Positions 18,523 to 27,461 of a DNA stretch of 64,000 nt are shown here, piece by piece. Within the stretch, counting starts at the first letter, position 1; each line of letters starts with the position of its first letter. The stretch spans positions 1-64,000 of IMG/VR virus record IMGVR_UViG_3300028591_000127, one strand, 5' to 3'. The notes below the pieces were generated by a model. The model saw only the letters and a list, made by a program, of their open reading frames with translations. It did no database searches and was not told the origin of the DNA. The DNA comes from a virus (taxonomy: Duplodnaviria > Caudoviricetes). A program made the translations under genes and the position numbers.

Positions 18523-21500
18523 TTACGCACTGAGTGCGTAAGTAAACGCTGAAACAGCCCAAACAACGCTCGAATTGCACTTATTGTCGGGGTAGTTCAC
18601 GGTACCATTCTGGAAGCCGACGGGCCATGCGTACGCAGCATTGTACTCGGAACACGACCAGAAGTAACTGTTATTCCACATTGGATAATACGTGGTATTT
18701 ACTCCAGCCTCATTAAGACGATTTAGAATATTAGCCATAAGCGGATAGTTAGCGTCAGCCAGTGATTGGTCTTCATTGGCATAGGCTTTATTTGGAGTGC
18801 TATTATTTACTTTATTGCGCGAAGCATGATAAAATTGATATATCTTATATAGCATACCACAAGCAGGCAATAGCCAGTGTCCACGTCCATATTGCACATT
18901 AAGGGTTTCACCATCCTTTGTTTCTGGGACATATAGTTGACAAGCGTATCCAGCTGGATAAAATAGCATATAAAATCTCTGAGGATTTGTTGCGCCAAAT
19001 GCATTCTCAAGATAGTTCAGTGCTAACATCATATCTCCAAGTTCTGTAGTACTTCTTGGGAGCTCTAACTGTACTGCCTTCTGTTTTGCCCATTCCATAA
19101 GTTGTTTTTGGGCGACAGAAAGTGTTGACCATTTTGTAGAGTCAAAAGCCCCGGCCTCAGTAACGGCAGTCTTACACAAGTAGATGATGCCTTCATAGGT
19201 GACTGTTTGTCCACGATCATAAGTTTGTTCTGTACTAAACTCTGGAGCAGTTAAATCAACGGTATTCCACAGATTTGCAATCCAGCCTTTAATGATAGCT
19301 TTTGATCTATCTGACATTGCGATTGTCTTTGTTTGAGAGTCATAATCTCCCGTACCACTATTACCAAGAGCAAAACTATTTAAGGTAACACCACTTTGAC
19401 TGGCAATCGCTGAACAGGTTGTAGCGTCTATTGTATTACTATCAGTTCCTTGTTGAATACCCCACGGTAATGCGGAGGTATTAAGTGCTGAGTTAGTACT
19501 AGTAACTACTGTTGCTCTTTTCGCAACCACATCGATGCTTAATGAATTTGTACCATTAGTAACTCTCAAGGCATATCCAACTATAGATTTGTCGTAGTGG
19601 AAGTCATCATCAAAAGAACCATCAGCATAGGCAAAGTCGCCGCGTTTGGGTAATCTATCAAATGCTCCTACTTTCCAATAAGCACTAACTGTGTCACCGT
19701 TGGCAAGTTGTGCAGTCACCTTTAGTTTATAACGAGTTTCATCTCCAGAAGTATTTAAGCTTACTATGTTTGCTGTTCCTTCAACGGAATCAGTTATCTG
19801 AATAAACGCTGCTGCATCAGGATCCTCAACTTCTTGTTGATTCTCGTCTAGTTTAACAAATTGCCAGTTTAATGCGGGCTTTTCATTAATAAAAACAATA
19901 TTATTACCAGTATCTGCAGTAATGCCAAATTGTGTAGTACCTGTCTGCTTGAAGTATTTTTGTCCAGTGATATACAGATGTTGAACAGCAACTTTCGTAT
20001 AATTAACGTACAAAGTACTAGACGGATCTTGAATATTTCCGTACTTTCTGTAGAGCATTAGTACCTCATCTAAAGATAACTGTGCTGCTACTAGCATATT
20101 AATGCTTCCGGTTAATGTACATGACGGTAGATTTGCTAACCACATTAAAAGCTCCTTCGATACTGATTGCCAAGTGACATTAGTTAAGGTTAGCTCTGTT
20201 AATGGTGCATTTCCACTATAACATTGTTCTACAATATTTCTACCAATTGCTCCAATACTATTCAAAACAACGGCACTAAGGCTACTTACGCCCTCTAGAG
20301 TGAGAGTTTGTAAAGTATTTATGTAGGATAGCTCTAATCTTGTCATTGTTGAGCCGAGTCGAGCTGTTACTAGGGGTACACCATTAGCAAACTGTACTAA
20401 GTTAAATGAGCTTTCTCGTAAGTCAAGATTAGTAAGTCTTGTACATTTTGTTAGATTTAGAGCTCCTGAAACAGTATTTACTCCCCTCATTATGAACTCA
20501 GTAATATTGATAGCATTGCTTATCTCTACACCGGTAGCAAGGAATTGGTTTGTATCTGTACCATTAGGATTGATTGTAATCCTACGTAATCTCTTTCCTG
20601 AGAATGAGAACGTTCCTTGTTGTGAGGATAGTCCAATATTCATATCACCAAGATCACTATAATAGTCGATACCTCTAATAGCAATCCAAGAGTCTGATGA
20701 GAGAGTAATAGCGGGATAGCTAATAGTTTCTCCAGCAGCTACTCTAACTCTCTTTCCATTTGCACTGGCGGGATAATTACTACTATCAGATCCTACACGC
20801 GGATATAGCCATTTAGCAGGAGTTAATTGAAAATTATAGATTGCACCAGATTTTCCTCTCCATGACATACCATTGGCTGCAGTAGAACTTCCAGCAAATT
20901 CTCCATACTCACACCAAGATGATATATACATAATACGATCTCGTAGCCATTGATACTCACTCCATCTTTGTGACCCACATGATTGAGTGATAGCTTGTGC
21001 AGAGTCATTTTTATAGTCTCCGGAAGCTTGTGCTCTTGCAGCTGCTTCATAAACTAAGCGGGCCTGTTCATTATAGGCAATTCCTGGGAAGTAATCCTGT
21101 GTTGAGAGAAGGTAAGATTCATGAAATCTTAAAACTGTTCCACTAAGTTGTGCCATGGCAGTAAACATATTGTTCATCATGGCAGTCATTTCTGTCTCAA
21201 AGGCTTCCTCTAGGAGATTATAATATCCTGATTCTTCGCCCTGCCAATAGAATTCATCCGCAGCATTTTTATCGTGTTCCTCAACAAAATATGGTTTTCT
21301 TTGTTGGCCTACATTATTAGTCTTTAATGTTGTATCTACATCATCTTGTTCATGACGAATTTTTAATGTTACAGGATCAGTATAATAGTAAGTATTTTTA
21401 GCTCGGTTATCTGTACCTGCATATAACTTAACAAAACAGCTATGATATAAAGCATCATCAATGTGAATATAGTTAGATGCTGTTTCATGAAAATCTCTTT

Positions 21501-24500
21501 GACGAGTACTAATAATTATATTATTAATATTACCCCACTGTCCCTCTGACCACTCTACTGCTGTTATTCCCAGACTAGTACAGAAGTTTTCATACTGCGT
21601 CCGTAAATTTAATTTCTCATAACTTCCTGTCCCCAGCTTTTCTATACCTGCATCTACCCATTGCTGAGTAAGTTCATCATAACGATAGAGATCATATCGA
21701 CTACTTCCTACTATATTAGGATCGTTACTTGTTACCCAATATAGTTTCGTAGTATCTACACTTTCACTGGCTCGTAATTGAGTTAAAGTTCCTGTAAATA
21801 CGTTTAAGCGACTATAGTGTAAGTAAACATAGTTAAAGAAGGCCTTTTGTGCATTAATAGCATTTTCTGAGCTAGGATATTCTTTGTTATTGCTATCTTT
21901 TGAGGTAACACCAAATCCAAAGTCTAATTGTTTTTGTCCATTATACATCCAAGCTTCGTCATCGGGAGAGTACGTGATATCATCATTCCAAGGTATACGG
22001 AATAAGGCTAATGGTCTATCATTGTTTGCGCCTTCAACCATCAGCATATCAGGTGTACTAGTTTTATTAAACCCAAAAGTAGGTTTATCTCCCTTACCTG
22101 CACCAAAGGTCATAAGATATTTGAATACCCAAGGATCATTCTCTGTCTCACGATGGAAGAAAAGGAACGGTTTCTCTAATACAGCAATTCTAGCGTTAGC
22201 ATATAGACTCATTTGTGAGGGTCTAGTTATTACGCCATTAGTTATTAATTGCTTAAAAAGATCGTTATAGATCCATGTTAGCCCAAGTTTATGAGATTGC
22301 ATTGACGAGGCAAAGTTGATTTTTCCAACAAGTTTCTTTGCTAGGGCTTCACCTTCCTTAAGTGCAAATCCACTACCTGCTGCGTGAGTCGTTTCATCAT
22401 CAGAGGTAAATACTGAATTATCTGTTATCTTGTATTGTTGATTCCAGTCGTAGTAAGTCATTGCAGTAGTTCCCTGTCCGCTGGATTCTAATTCAGTTAT
22501 TTTTCCACTATGAGTAGGATCTCCAACTTGTTTAATTTCAATAGAAACTCCAGTTGTTTTTCCTTTATTTTCATCACCATACTTTGGTAGATGTCCTGTA
22601 TGTCCAATAATATTATATTTTCCTAAACACTTACTCCAACTTATATTTCCATTATCATCTAAGATATCATTAGCCTCCTGAAAAGTTATTTTTTCAGAAG
22701 TAGTAGCCAAAGATGATTTATAATTTTGCATTACCTCTGCCGTTGATAGTGCCTGGTTTTCATAGCATCTAATACTGAAGATATCAATGTCAGCTGCCGA
22801 ACTACCAATAATAGTACTAACGTTGGTACTATCTGTAAAGCGGTCAGTGGCGCTATAAGTAATTTCACGCTCTATCTTATCATTAATAAAGATGCGAATT
22901 AGGTTTAAGCTACCCAGATTGTATACCACATTGATACTAAGGCGGGTTCTCATTTCTTCTGCCCAGCTAACGTTCTGGTCATCGAGAGCTCGTTTGCCTT
23001 GGGTCATTATATAGGCCTCTGTTGGTAGCATTTCAAATCCCCAGATCTTTCCATCTACTGCTTCAGTCCCTATTTGAAGTACTGGTACAGTGTCATCTGT
23101 AATAGCATAGGTACGAAAATCAATTTCTAATGTCATGCTATATCCAGCATTATTACCACTAACAAAATACTGGAAAGGATTATAATTTATATCCAGATTT
23201 CGTCCTGCTGGTATATGCAAGGATTTTATTTTTTCAGCATTACTACTTTGATCATCCAGGTTACGTAGAACTTCCATCCAACCGTCAGTAGTAAAATTGA
23301 ATCCAGTAAATGAAGCCTCTACTGTATTACCTGTTATGGAATTTACTATAGTATCTGGATGTTCTTCGCTATTGTTTCTATCTGAGGGATTAATAGCAAA
23401 ATTAGCTCCCCTAGTAGGTTGATTAGTTGCAGAATTACTGAATACCAAAGATAGTGGGCTTACTAATTGGTTTCCTTCACCATCCTCTATATACATATGG
23501 CCAATGAACTCTGTTATATCAACATCATCAATTTCTACTCCGAGTTGGACTGAAAGATTATACATTTGATTGTTTTCTGCAGTAAACGTCCAGGTAGCAT
23601 AAGAATTTTCGCTATTTTCATCCATCAGACGAAAAACTACAGTCATTTGTTCTTCATCACCACAATATACTGCCCAATCAAAGAAATGTACCTCGCTCCA
23701 GTTATCGAATGAGGTATTGAGATTGTTTATGCTGAGAAGTTTTCTACTACCGTCAGCAACAATATATTGGCTTTCTACCCAAGGAGTTGAAACAGACTCA
23801 TTGACATACAACCTTGCTCTTACTGTATGTACTCCACCAGAGAGAAGTGTAGATAGTGTTGAAGGATCCGTAAACTCAAAAGTCATACCAGTTGTTGTAT
23901 TAGTTCCTGTTCCGAGATTACGTGAGCATCCAGGATCACCATTTAGGTATGAATATTGTGCTCTAAAGGACGTTCCAATACCAGTACCAAACTCCATTTG
24001 TAGGGTTTTTGCTACAGCACCGCCAACAAGATAATTGAGAGATAATGTACTTCCTGTTATTGGAAATTCCAACAGACTATTTGGAACTAGGGATAGGTTA
24101 ACAACGCTTAGTGTAAAACTTCGCCAGACAGATGAAGCATATTCTCCAGCAGCTTTCATTCGTACATAATTAGTACCAGATGTCAGGAATGGCTTTAAAC
24201 TAATTTCTGTCCACGATAGTGAGTTGGCAGGAATAACAATTTGATCACGGTTTACCCAAGCCGCTGATGCATTTGTGCGAGTCTGAATAGTTACTACGAG
24301 ATCCTCACTTATATTATCTGTTCCACCAGCAGCATACGTAATAGTAGAGGTTCCTTTGATATTTACTGTTACATTATCATTGGCCTGTATACTAGCGGGT
24401 GTTTCTTGTAATGTTAGCTGTACTGTATAGATATCTCCTCCTTCTGCTGTTGGTAGATTATCGTATGAAATAATGAGCGCAAGACCTTCCTCACCCCACT

Positions 24501-24801
24501 TATCTGTATCGGAGAGTAAAGTCCAGTCACTGTATGCATCAGCATCTTTGAACATTACCATACAGAGTCCTGAGTCATCGCTGTTGGCAACAACTTTAAC
24601 GTACCCAACTTTACTATTGAGAGCTTCATCTTGCGACGCATTCTTTAACTCTATTTCGGAAACTTTTGTTTTGATAGCAGACTCTATTACTTCATGACTT
24701 TTACCCCATTCTTTACCTACATTATCTCCATCCTGGTAAATACCTCCCCAAGCATCCTCAAAATTAGTAAGTGGAGTATTATCTACAATTTTCTTAGTCA
24801 T
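18523..24801 (-). CDS. DGR target: large adhesin/tail-fibre protein (~2092 aa from MTKKIV) with C-terminal CLec-fold domain
   Basis: VR at the 3' end; WLLP motif upstream of it; paralog of 8215-15423. Start moved from 24882 because of the small ORF 24833-24937. Confidence 0.9.
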   Translation of the reverse strand: MTKKIVDNTPLTNFEDAWGGIYQDGDNVGKEWGKSHEVIESAIKTKVSEIELKNASQDEALNSKVGYVKVVANSDDSGLCMVMFKDADAYSDWTLLSDTDKWGEEGLALIISYDNLPTAEGGDIYTVQLTLQETPASIQANDNVTVNIKGTSTITYAAGGTDNISEDLVVTIQTRTNASAAWVNRDQIVIPANSLSWTEISLKPFLTSGTNYVRMKAAGEYASSVWRSFTLSVVNLSLVPNSLLEFPITGSTLSLNYLVGGAVAKTLQMEFGTGIGTSFRAQYSYLNGDPGCSRNLGTGTNTTTGMTFEFTDPSTLSTLLSGGVHTVRARLYVNESVSTPWVESQYIVADGSRKLLSINNLNTSFDNWSEVHFFDWAVYCGDEEQMTVVFRLMDENSENSYATWTFTAENNQMYNLSVQLGVEIDDVDITEFIGHMYIEDGEGNQLVSPLSLVFSNSATNQPTRGANFAINPSDRNNSEEHPDTIVNSITGNTVEASFTGFNFTTDGWMEVLRNLDDQSSNAEKIKSLHIPAGRNLDINYNPFQYFVSGNNAGYSMTLEIDFRTYAITDDTVPVLQIGTEAVDGKIWGFEMLPTEAYIMTQGKRALDDQNVSWAEEMRTRLSINVVYNLGSLNLIRIFINDKIEREITYSATDRFTDSTNVSTIIGSSAADIDIFSIRCYENQALSTAEVMQNYKSSLATTSEKITFQEANDILDDNGNISWSKCLGKYNIIGHTGHLPKYGDENKGKTTGVSIEIKQVGDPTHSGKITELESSGQGTTAMTYYDWNQQYKITDNSVFTSDDETTHAAGSGFALKEGEALAKKLVGKINFASSMQSHKLGLTWIYNDLFKQLITNGVITRPSQMSLYANARIAVLEKPFLFFHRETENDPWVFKYLMTFGAGKGDKPTFGFNKTSTPDMLMVEGANNDRPLALFRIPWNDDITYSPDDEAWMYNGQKQLDFGFGVTSKDSNNKEYPSSENAINAQKAFFNYVYLHYSRLNVFTGTLTQLRASESVDTTKLYWVTSNDPNIVGSSRYDLYRYDELTQQWVDAGIEKLGTGSYEKLNLRTQYENFCTSLGITAVEWSEGQWGNINNIIISTRQRDFHETASNYIHIDDALYHSCFVKLYAGTDNRAKNTYYYTDPVTLKIRHEQDDVDTTLKTNNVGQQRKPYFVEEHDKNAADEFYWQGEESGYYNLLEEAFETEMTAMMNNMFTAMAQLSGTVLRFHESYLLSTQDYFPGIAYNEQARLVYEAAARAQASGDYKNDSAQAITQSCGSQRWSEYQWLRDRIMYISSWCEYGEFAGSSTAANGMSWRGKSGAIYNFQLTPAKWLYPRVGSDSSNYPASANGKRVRVAAGETISYPAITLSSDSWIAIRGIDYYSDLGDMNIGLSSQQGTFSFSGKRLRRITINPNGTDTNQFLATGVEISNAINITEFIMRGVNTVSGALNLTKCTRLTNLDLRESSFNLVQFANGVPLVTARLGSTMTRLELSYINTLQTLTLEGVSSLSAVVLNSIGAIGRNIVEQCYSGNAPLTELTLTNVTWQSVSKELLMWLANLPSCTLTGSINMLVAAQLSLDEVLMLYRKYGNIQDPSSTLYVNYTKVAVQHLYITGQKYFKQTGTTQFGITADTGNNIVFINEKPALNWQFVKLDENQQEVEDPDAAAFIQITDSVEGTANIVSLNTSGDETRYKLKVTAQLANGDTVSAYWKVGAFDRLPKRGDFAYADGSFDDDFHYDKSIVGYALRVTNGTNSLSIDVVAKRATVVTSTNSALNTSALPWGIQQGTDSNTIDATTCSAIASQSGVTLNSFALGNSGTGDYDSQTKTIAMSDRSKAIIKGWIANLWNTVDLTAPEFSTEQTYDRGQTVTYEGIIYLCKTAVTEAGAFDSTKWSTLSVAQKQLMEWAKQKAVQLELPRSTTELGDMMLALNYLENAFGATNPQRFYMLFYPAGYACQLYVPETKDGETLNVQYGRGHWLLPACGMLYKIYQFYHASRNKVNNSTPNKAYANEDQSLADANYPLMANILNRLNEAGVNTTYYPMWNNSYFWSCSEYNAAYAWPVGFQNGTVNYPDNKCNSSVVWAVSAFTYALSA
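18542..18672 (-). repeat. DGR variable repeat (VR)
   Basis: Encodes NSYFWSCSEYNAAYAWPVGFQNGTVNYPDNKCNSSVVWAVSAF; adenine-specific differences from TR. Confidence 0.95.
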
Positions 24802-24832
24802 ATTTGTTATCTTTATATCATTTTTATTATCT

Positions 24833-24937
24833 TTACCACGGCTCGCTGCGGAACCAGCCATCTGAGCGGAACCAAGCAGCAATATATCCCTCGATAGCCA
24901 TAGCCATCATCATTATTCTACGGCGAAAGCTGCTCAT
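24833..24937 (-). CDS. Unlisted 34-aa protein MSSFRRRIMMMAMAIEGYIAAWFRSDGWFRSEPW
   Basis: Translated by hand; ATGA overlap with the stop of 24934-26328; same position and Trp-rich end as 15437-15631. Confidence 0.6.
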   Translation of the reverse strand: MSSFRRRIMMMAMAIEGYIAAWFRSDGWFRSEPW

Positions 24938-26328
24938 GATTCAGCCGCCCCCCATCCGGCATAAAGTGCAAGGTTATTCTGAATACTTACTTGATATGTG
25001 TAGCCACTCTCCCATATAGGTTCTTCTAGCCAACGCACATCGCTAGGAAGACTTAATTCGAAATCATTACCTGTAACAGTAAATTCCAGCATATATTCAT
25101 TTGCAAAACCTTCTGTTCCAGCTGCTAGCGTTAATGTCAGACTACTTATAGGAGTAGCCCAATGGTTAAACGCATTAGGTTGTATAGTGACAGTTGTTGA
25201 AGTTTGTTCTGTAATGCGTCTACGATCTCTATCTTCTTCCAGCTGTTCAATAAGATTTGAATTCATGTCGGCAAGTCTCTTAACAGAGTAGGGTTCTGCT
25301 TTTAAGAGACCAACGATTAGATATCCATTTTGTCCTGCTGTAATAATAAGATTAGTGGCAGTAATAGACTGTTCACTTTTATCAAGTAGAACAGCATTAG
25401 TATCTAACCATGCCCACAGTAAAGCACTAGTACCTCCTGTTCCTGAGATTTGAAATTTATGTCCGGTTTCAACAGGAATAAGGATTGATTGTTGCGCGTT
25501 ACTGGAGCCACCTGTTTTTGTTGAGATGTTAATAGTAGTACCAATGTTTACATTAGTGTTATAGTAACCAGTTGATCCTTCTATTGAGTAATTTTCCTCA
25601 CTAGTATAGTCTACCTCCAAAAGACCCTGAATAAGATCGAGTTTAGTATCGGCAACATATTCTCCTTCCTGTAGATCCTTGACATTATCCTCCAGGATAA
25701 GAACTCTACCATTTTGTGGTTCGTCAGTTTCTTTCTTAATTGTCGTTGTTCCACCTTCATCTTGACTGACGGCAAAATATCCATTAGCCGAAATAGTGAC
25801 TTTTATTGATGGATTTACGCTAGCCACAGTGTTTCCAGAGAAGACGGGATTAGTGCTTATTGAGGGTACAGTACTATACAGACCATAGTTCAGTCCGTGT
25901 GCTGTTTCATATGTTTGTGTTACTTCAATTTTATCTCCTCTCAATACTTGGACATACAGGATCTTATTATTATTACTTTCAACAACATTACCTGAGAAAT
26001 TAATAGTTAAGTCATCAAGCTCTGTTGGTGTAAGTTCCATTTTATATTCACCATAAAGATCCTGCATCTTTGCTTCCAGGATCTCAACAGTACTACTAAT
26101 TTCTGCAGTAGTATCAAGATAGTGGAGAGTAAGTTCTTTGGCAACAGTTACACCATCACCAACAATATAACAATCAAATACGCCCTGACCGTCAGAAGTC
26201 ATTGTGTTATCTGAACTGATCAGAGCATATTCATTGTTAGCAAGGATTAAACTAGATCTAGAGCCACCAGCCTGAATAGCTTGGAGATTATATCTTCTAG
26301 GTCCGTTTTCATTTCCGATAAGTTGCAT
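24934..26328 (-). CDS. Putative tail-fibre/structural protein (464 aa)
   Basis: ORF track; IVGDGVT motif; beta-rich composition; context. Confidence 0.55.
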   Translation of the reverse strand: MQLIGNENGPRRYNLQAIQAGGSRSSLILANNEYALISSDNTMTSDGQGVFDCYIVGDGVTVAKELTLHYLDTTAEISSTVEILEAKMQDLYGEYKMELTPTELDDLTINFSGNVVESNNNKILYVQVLRGDKIEVTQTYETAHGLNYGLYSTVPSISTNPVFSGNTVASVNPSIKVTISANGYFAVSQDEGGTTTIKKETDEPQNGRVLILEDNVKDLQEGEYVADTKLDLIQGLLEVDYTSEENYSIEGSTGYYNTNVNIGTTINISTKTGGSSNAQQSILIPVETGHKFQISGTGGTSALLWAWLDTNAVLLDKSEQSITATNLIITAGQNGYLIVGLLKAEPYSVKRLADMNSNLIEQLEEDRDRRRITEQTSTTVTIQPNAFNHWATPISSLTLTLAAGTEGFANEYMLEFTVTGNDFELSLPSDVRWLEEPIWESGYTYQVSIQNNLALYAGWGAAES

Positions 26329-26330
26329 AA

Positions 26331-27083
26331 TTAACTAGCTGCAAAATCATTAACTGTTCTACCACTGAGATAATACTTAGTGAGGCTTGCAAGAGAGTTT
26401 ATTCCATCTCCAATAGCGATAGCATTAAAGACGTTACTTTGTGTCTGATCTGTTGCAATTCTCCAGATCTCTCCCCGGGCTGGAACTCTTGAGCCTCCAG
26501 AAGCCCCCATAACCCAGCAAAGTCCTTGTCCTGTTCTTGAAATTATCGTCTCATTAAGTATTTTTCCTTGATTAGCAGACAGAGGCTTGGCGGGTTCAGT
26601 GGAGGCTAGGCTATTAACAACATCACTAGCACTCAAAACACCTCCTAAATTAATCTTAACCTGTTCTTTTTCAACATCAGTTAAGACCTGTTCTGTCTTT
26701 CTAATGGCTGTATTCAGTAGTGTTCTGTTTACGTTATTTATTTCGACATCCTCAGCAGAAGATGAAACTTTAGGATATATGGCATTATAGATACCCCCAC
26801 TTCGAACTACATTTTCAGATCCTTCGGTAGGAACAGTATCAAACACAAGAGCCTCAGCCGCCATCTGTTTTTGATTGATTTCAGTCATGAGTTCTATTCT
26901 CAGAGCATCAATCAGAGCGTCAGACTCTTGTTTACTATAAATATTGCCCTCAAGTTTAGAGTCTATTATATCCTCAACTGTATTACCCTCATTATCAACA
27001 ACTGCTCTTACTGAGGTTAACGGATACAGTTTAATTCCATTTTTTTTAAGGATCTCGATACTTACTACATCATTACTTGGCAT
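26331..27083 (-). CDS. Putative tail-fibre protein (250 aa)
   Basis: VVNSLASTEPAKPLSANQGKILNE fibre-repeat-like motif; AIRKTEQVLT shared with ALRKTPQTLT in 27462-29996. Confidence 0.6.
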   Translation of the reverse strand: MPSNDVVSIEILKKNGIKLYPLTSVRAVVDNEGNTVEDIIDSKLEGNIYSKQESDALIDALRIELMTEINQKQMAAEALVFDTVPTEGSENVVRSGGIYNAIYPKVSSSAEDVEINNVNRTLLNTAIRKTEQVLTDVEKEQVKINLGGVLSASDVVNSLASTEPAKPLSANQGKILNETIISRTGQGLCWVMGASGGSRVPARGEIWRIATDQTQSNVFNAIAIGDGINSLASLTKYYLSGRTVNDFAAS

Positions 27084-27087
27084 AGTC

Positions 27088-27459
27088 TTAATTCAGTCCG
27101 TAATTAGCTATTTGTTCTTTAACGTCCCTAATAAATTTATCATGTTCAGCCACGACGGGATCGTTAGGGTTTTCTCTGAATCTTCTAGATAGTCCAGCAT
27201 TATAACTTGCTACTGCCAGAGAGTCTCGAAGTCCATAAGCTGTCATCTCTGCCGCATTAATAACATTAGCCTTACTTAATTCTCCTTTTACGGGAATAGC
27301 AAAAGCAGTAGTATTTCCAAAGGAATCAGTACCATGAAATATCCATACTATGTTTTCATCTGATCCCTTAGTAATTATCAGTTTTCCGTTCAACCAGACA
27401 TTTTCTCCAGAAGTATCTTTAGACTGATCACTTAGTATAATTTCTTTCTTGAAAAACAT
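27088..27459 (-). CDS. Hypothetical protein (123 aa)
   Basis: ORF track; operon spacing. Confidence 0.6.
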   Translation of the reverse strand: MFFKKEIILSDQSKDTSGENVWLNGKLIITKGSDENIVWIFHGTDSFGNTTAFAIPVKGELSKANVINAAEMTAYGLRDSLAVASYNAGLSRRFRENPNDPVVAEHDKFIRDVKEQIANYGLN

Positions 27460-27461
27460 AA

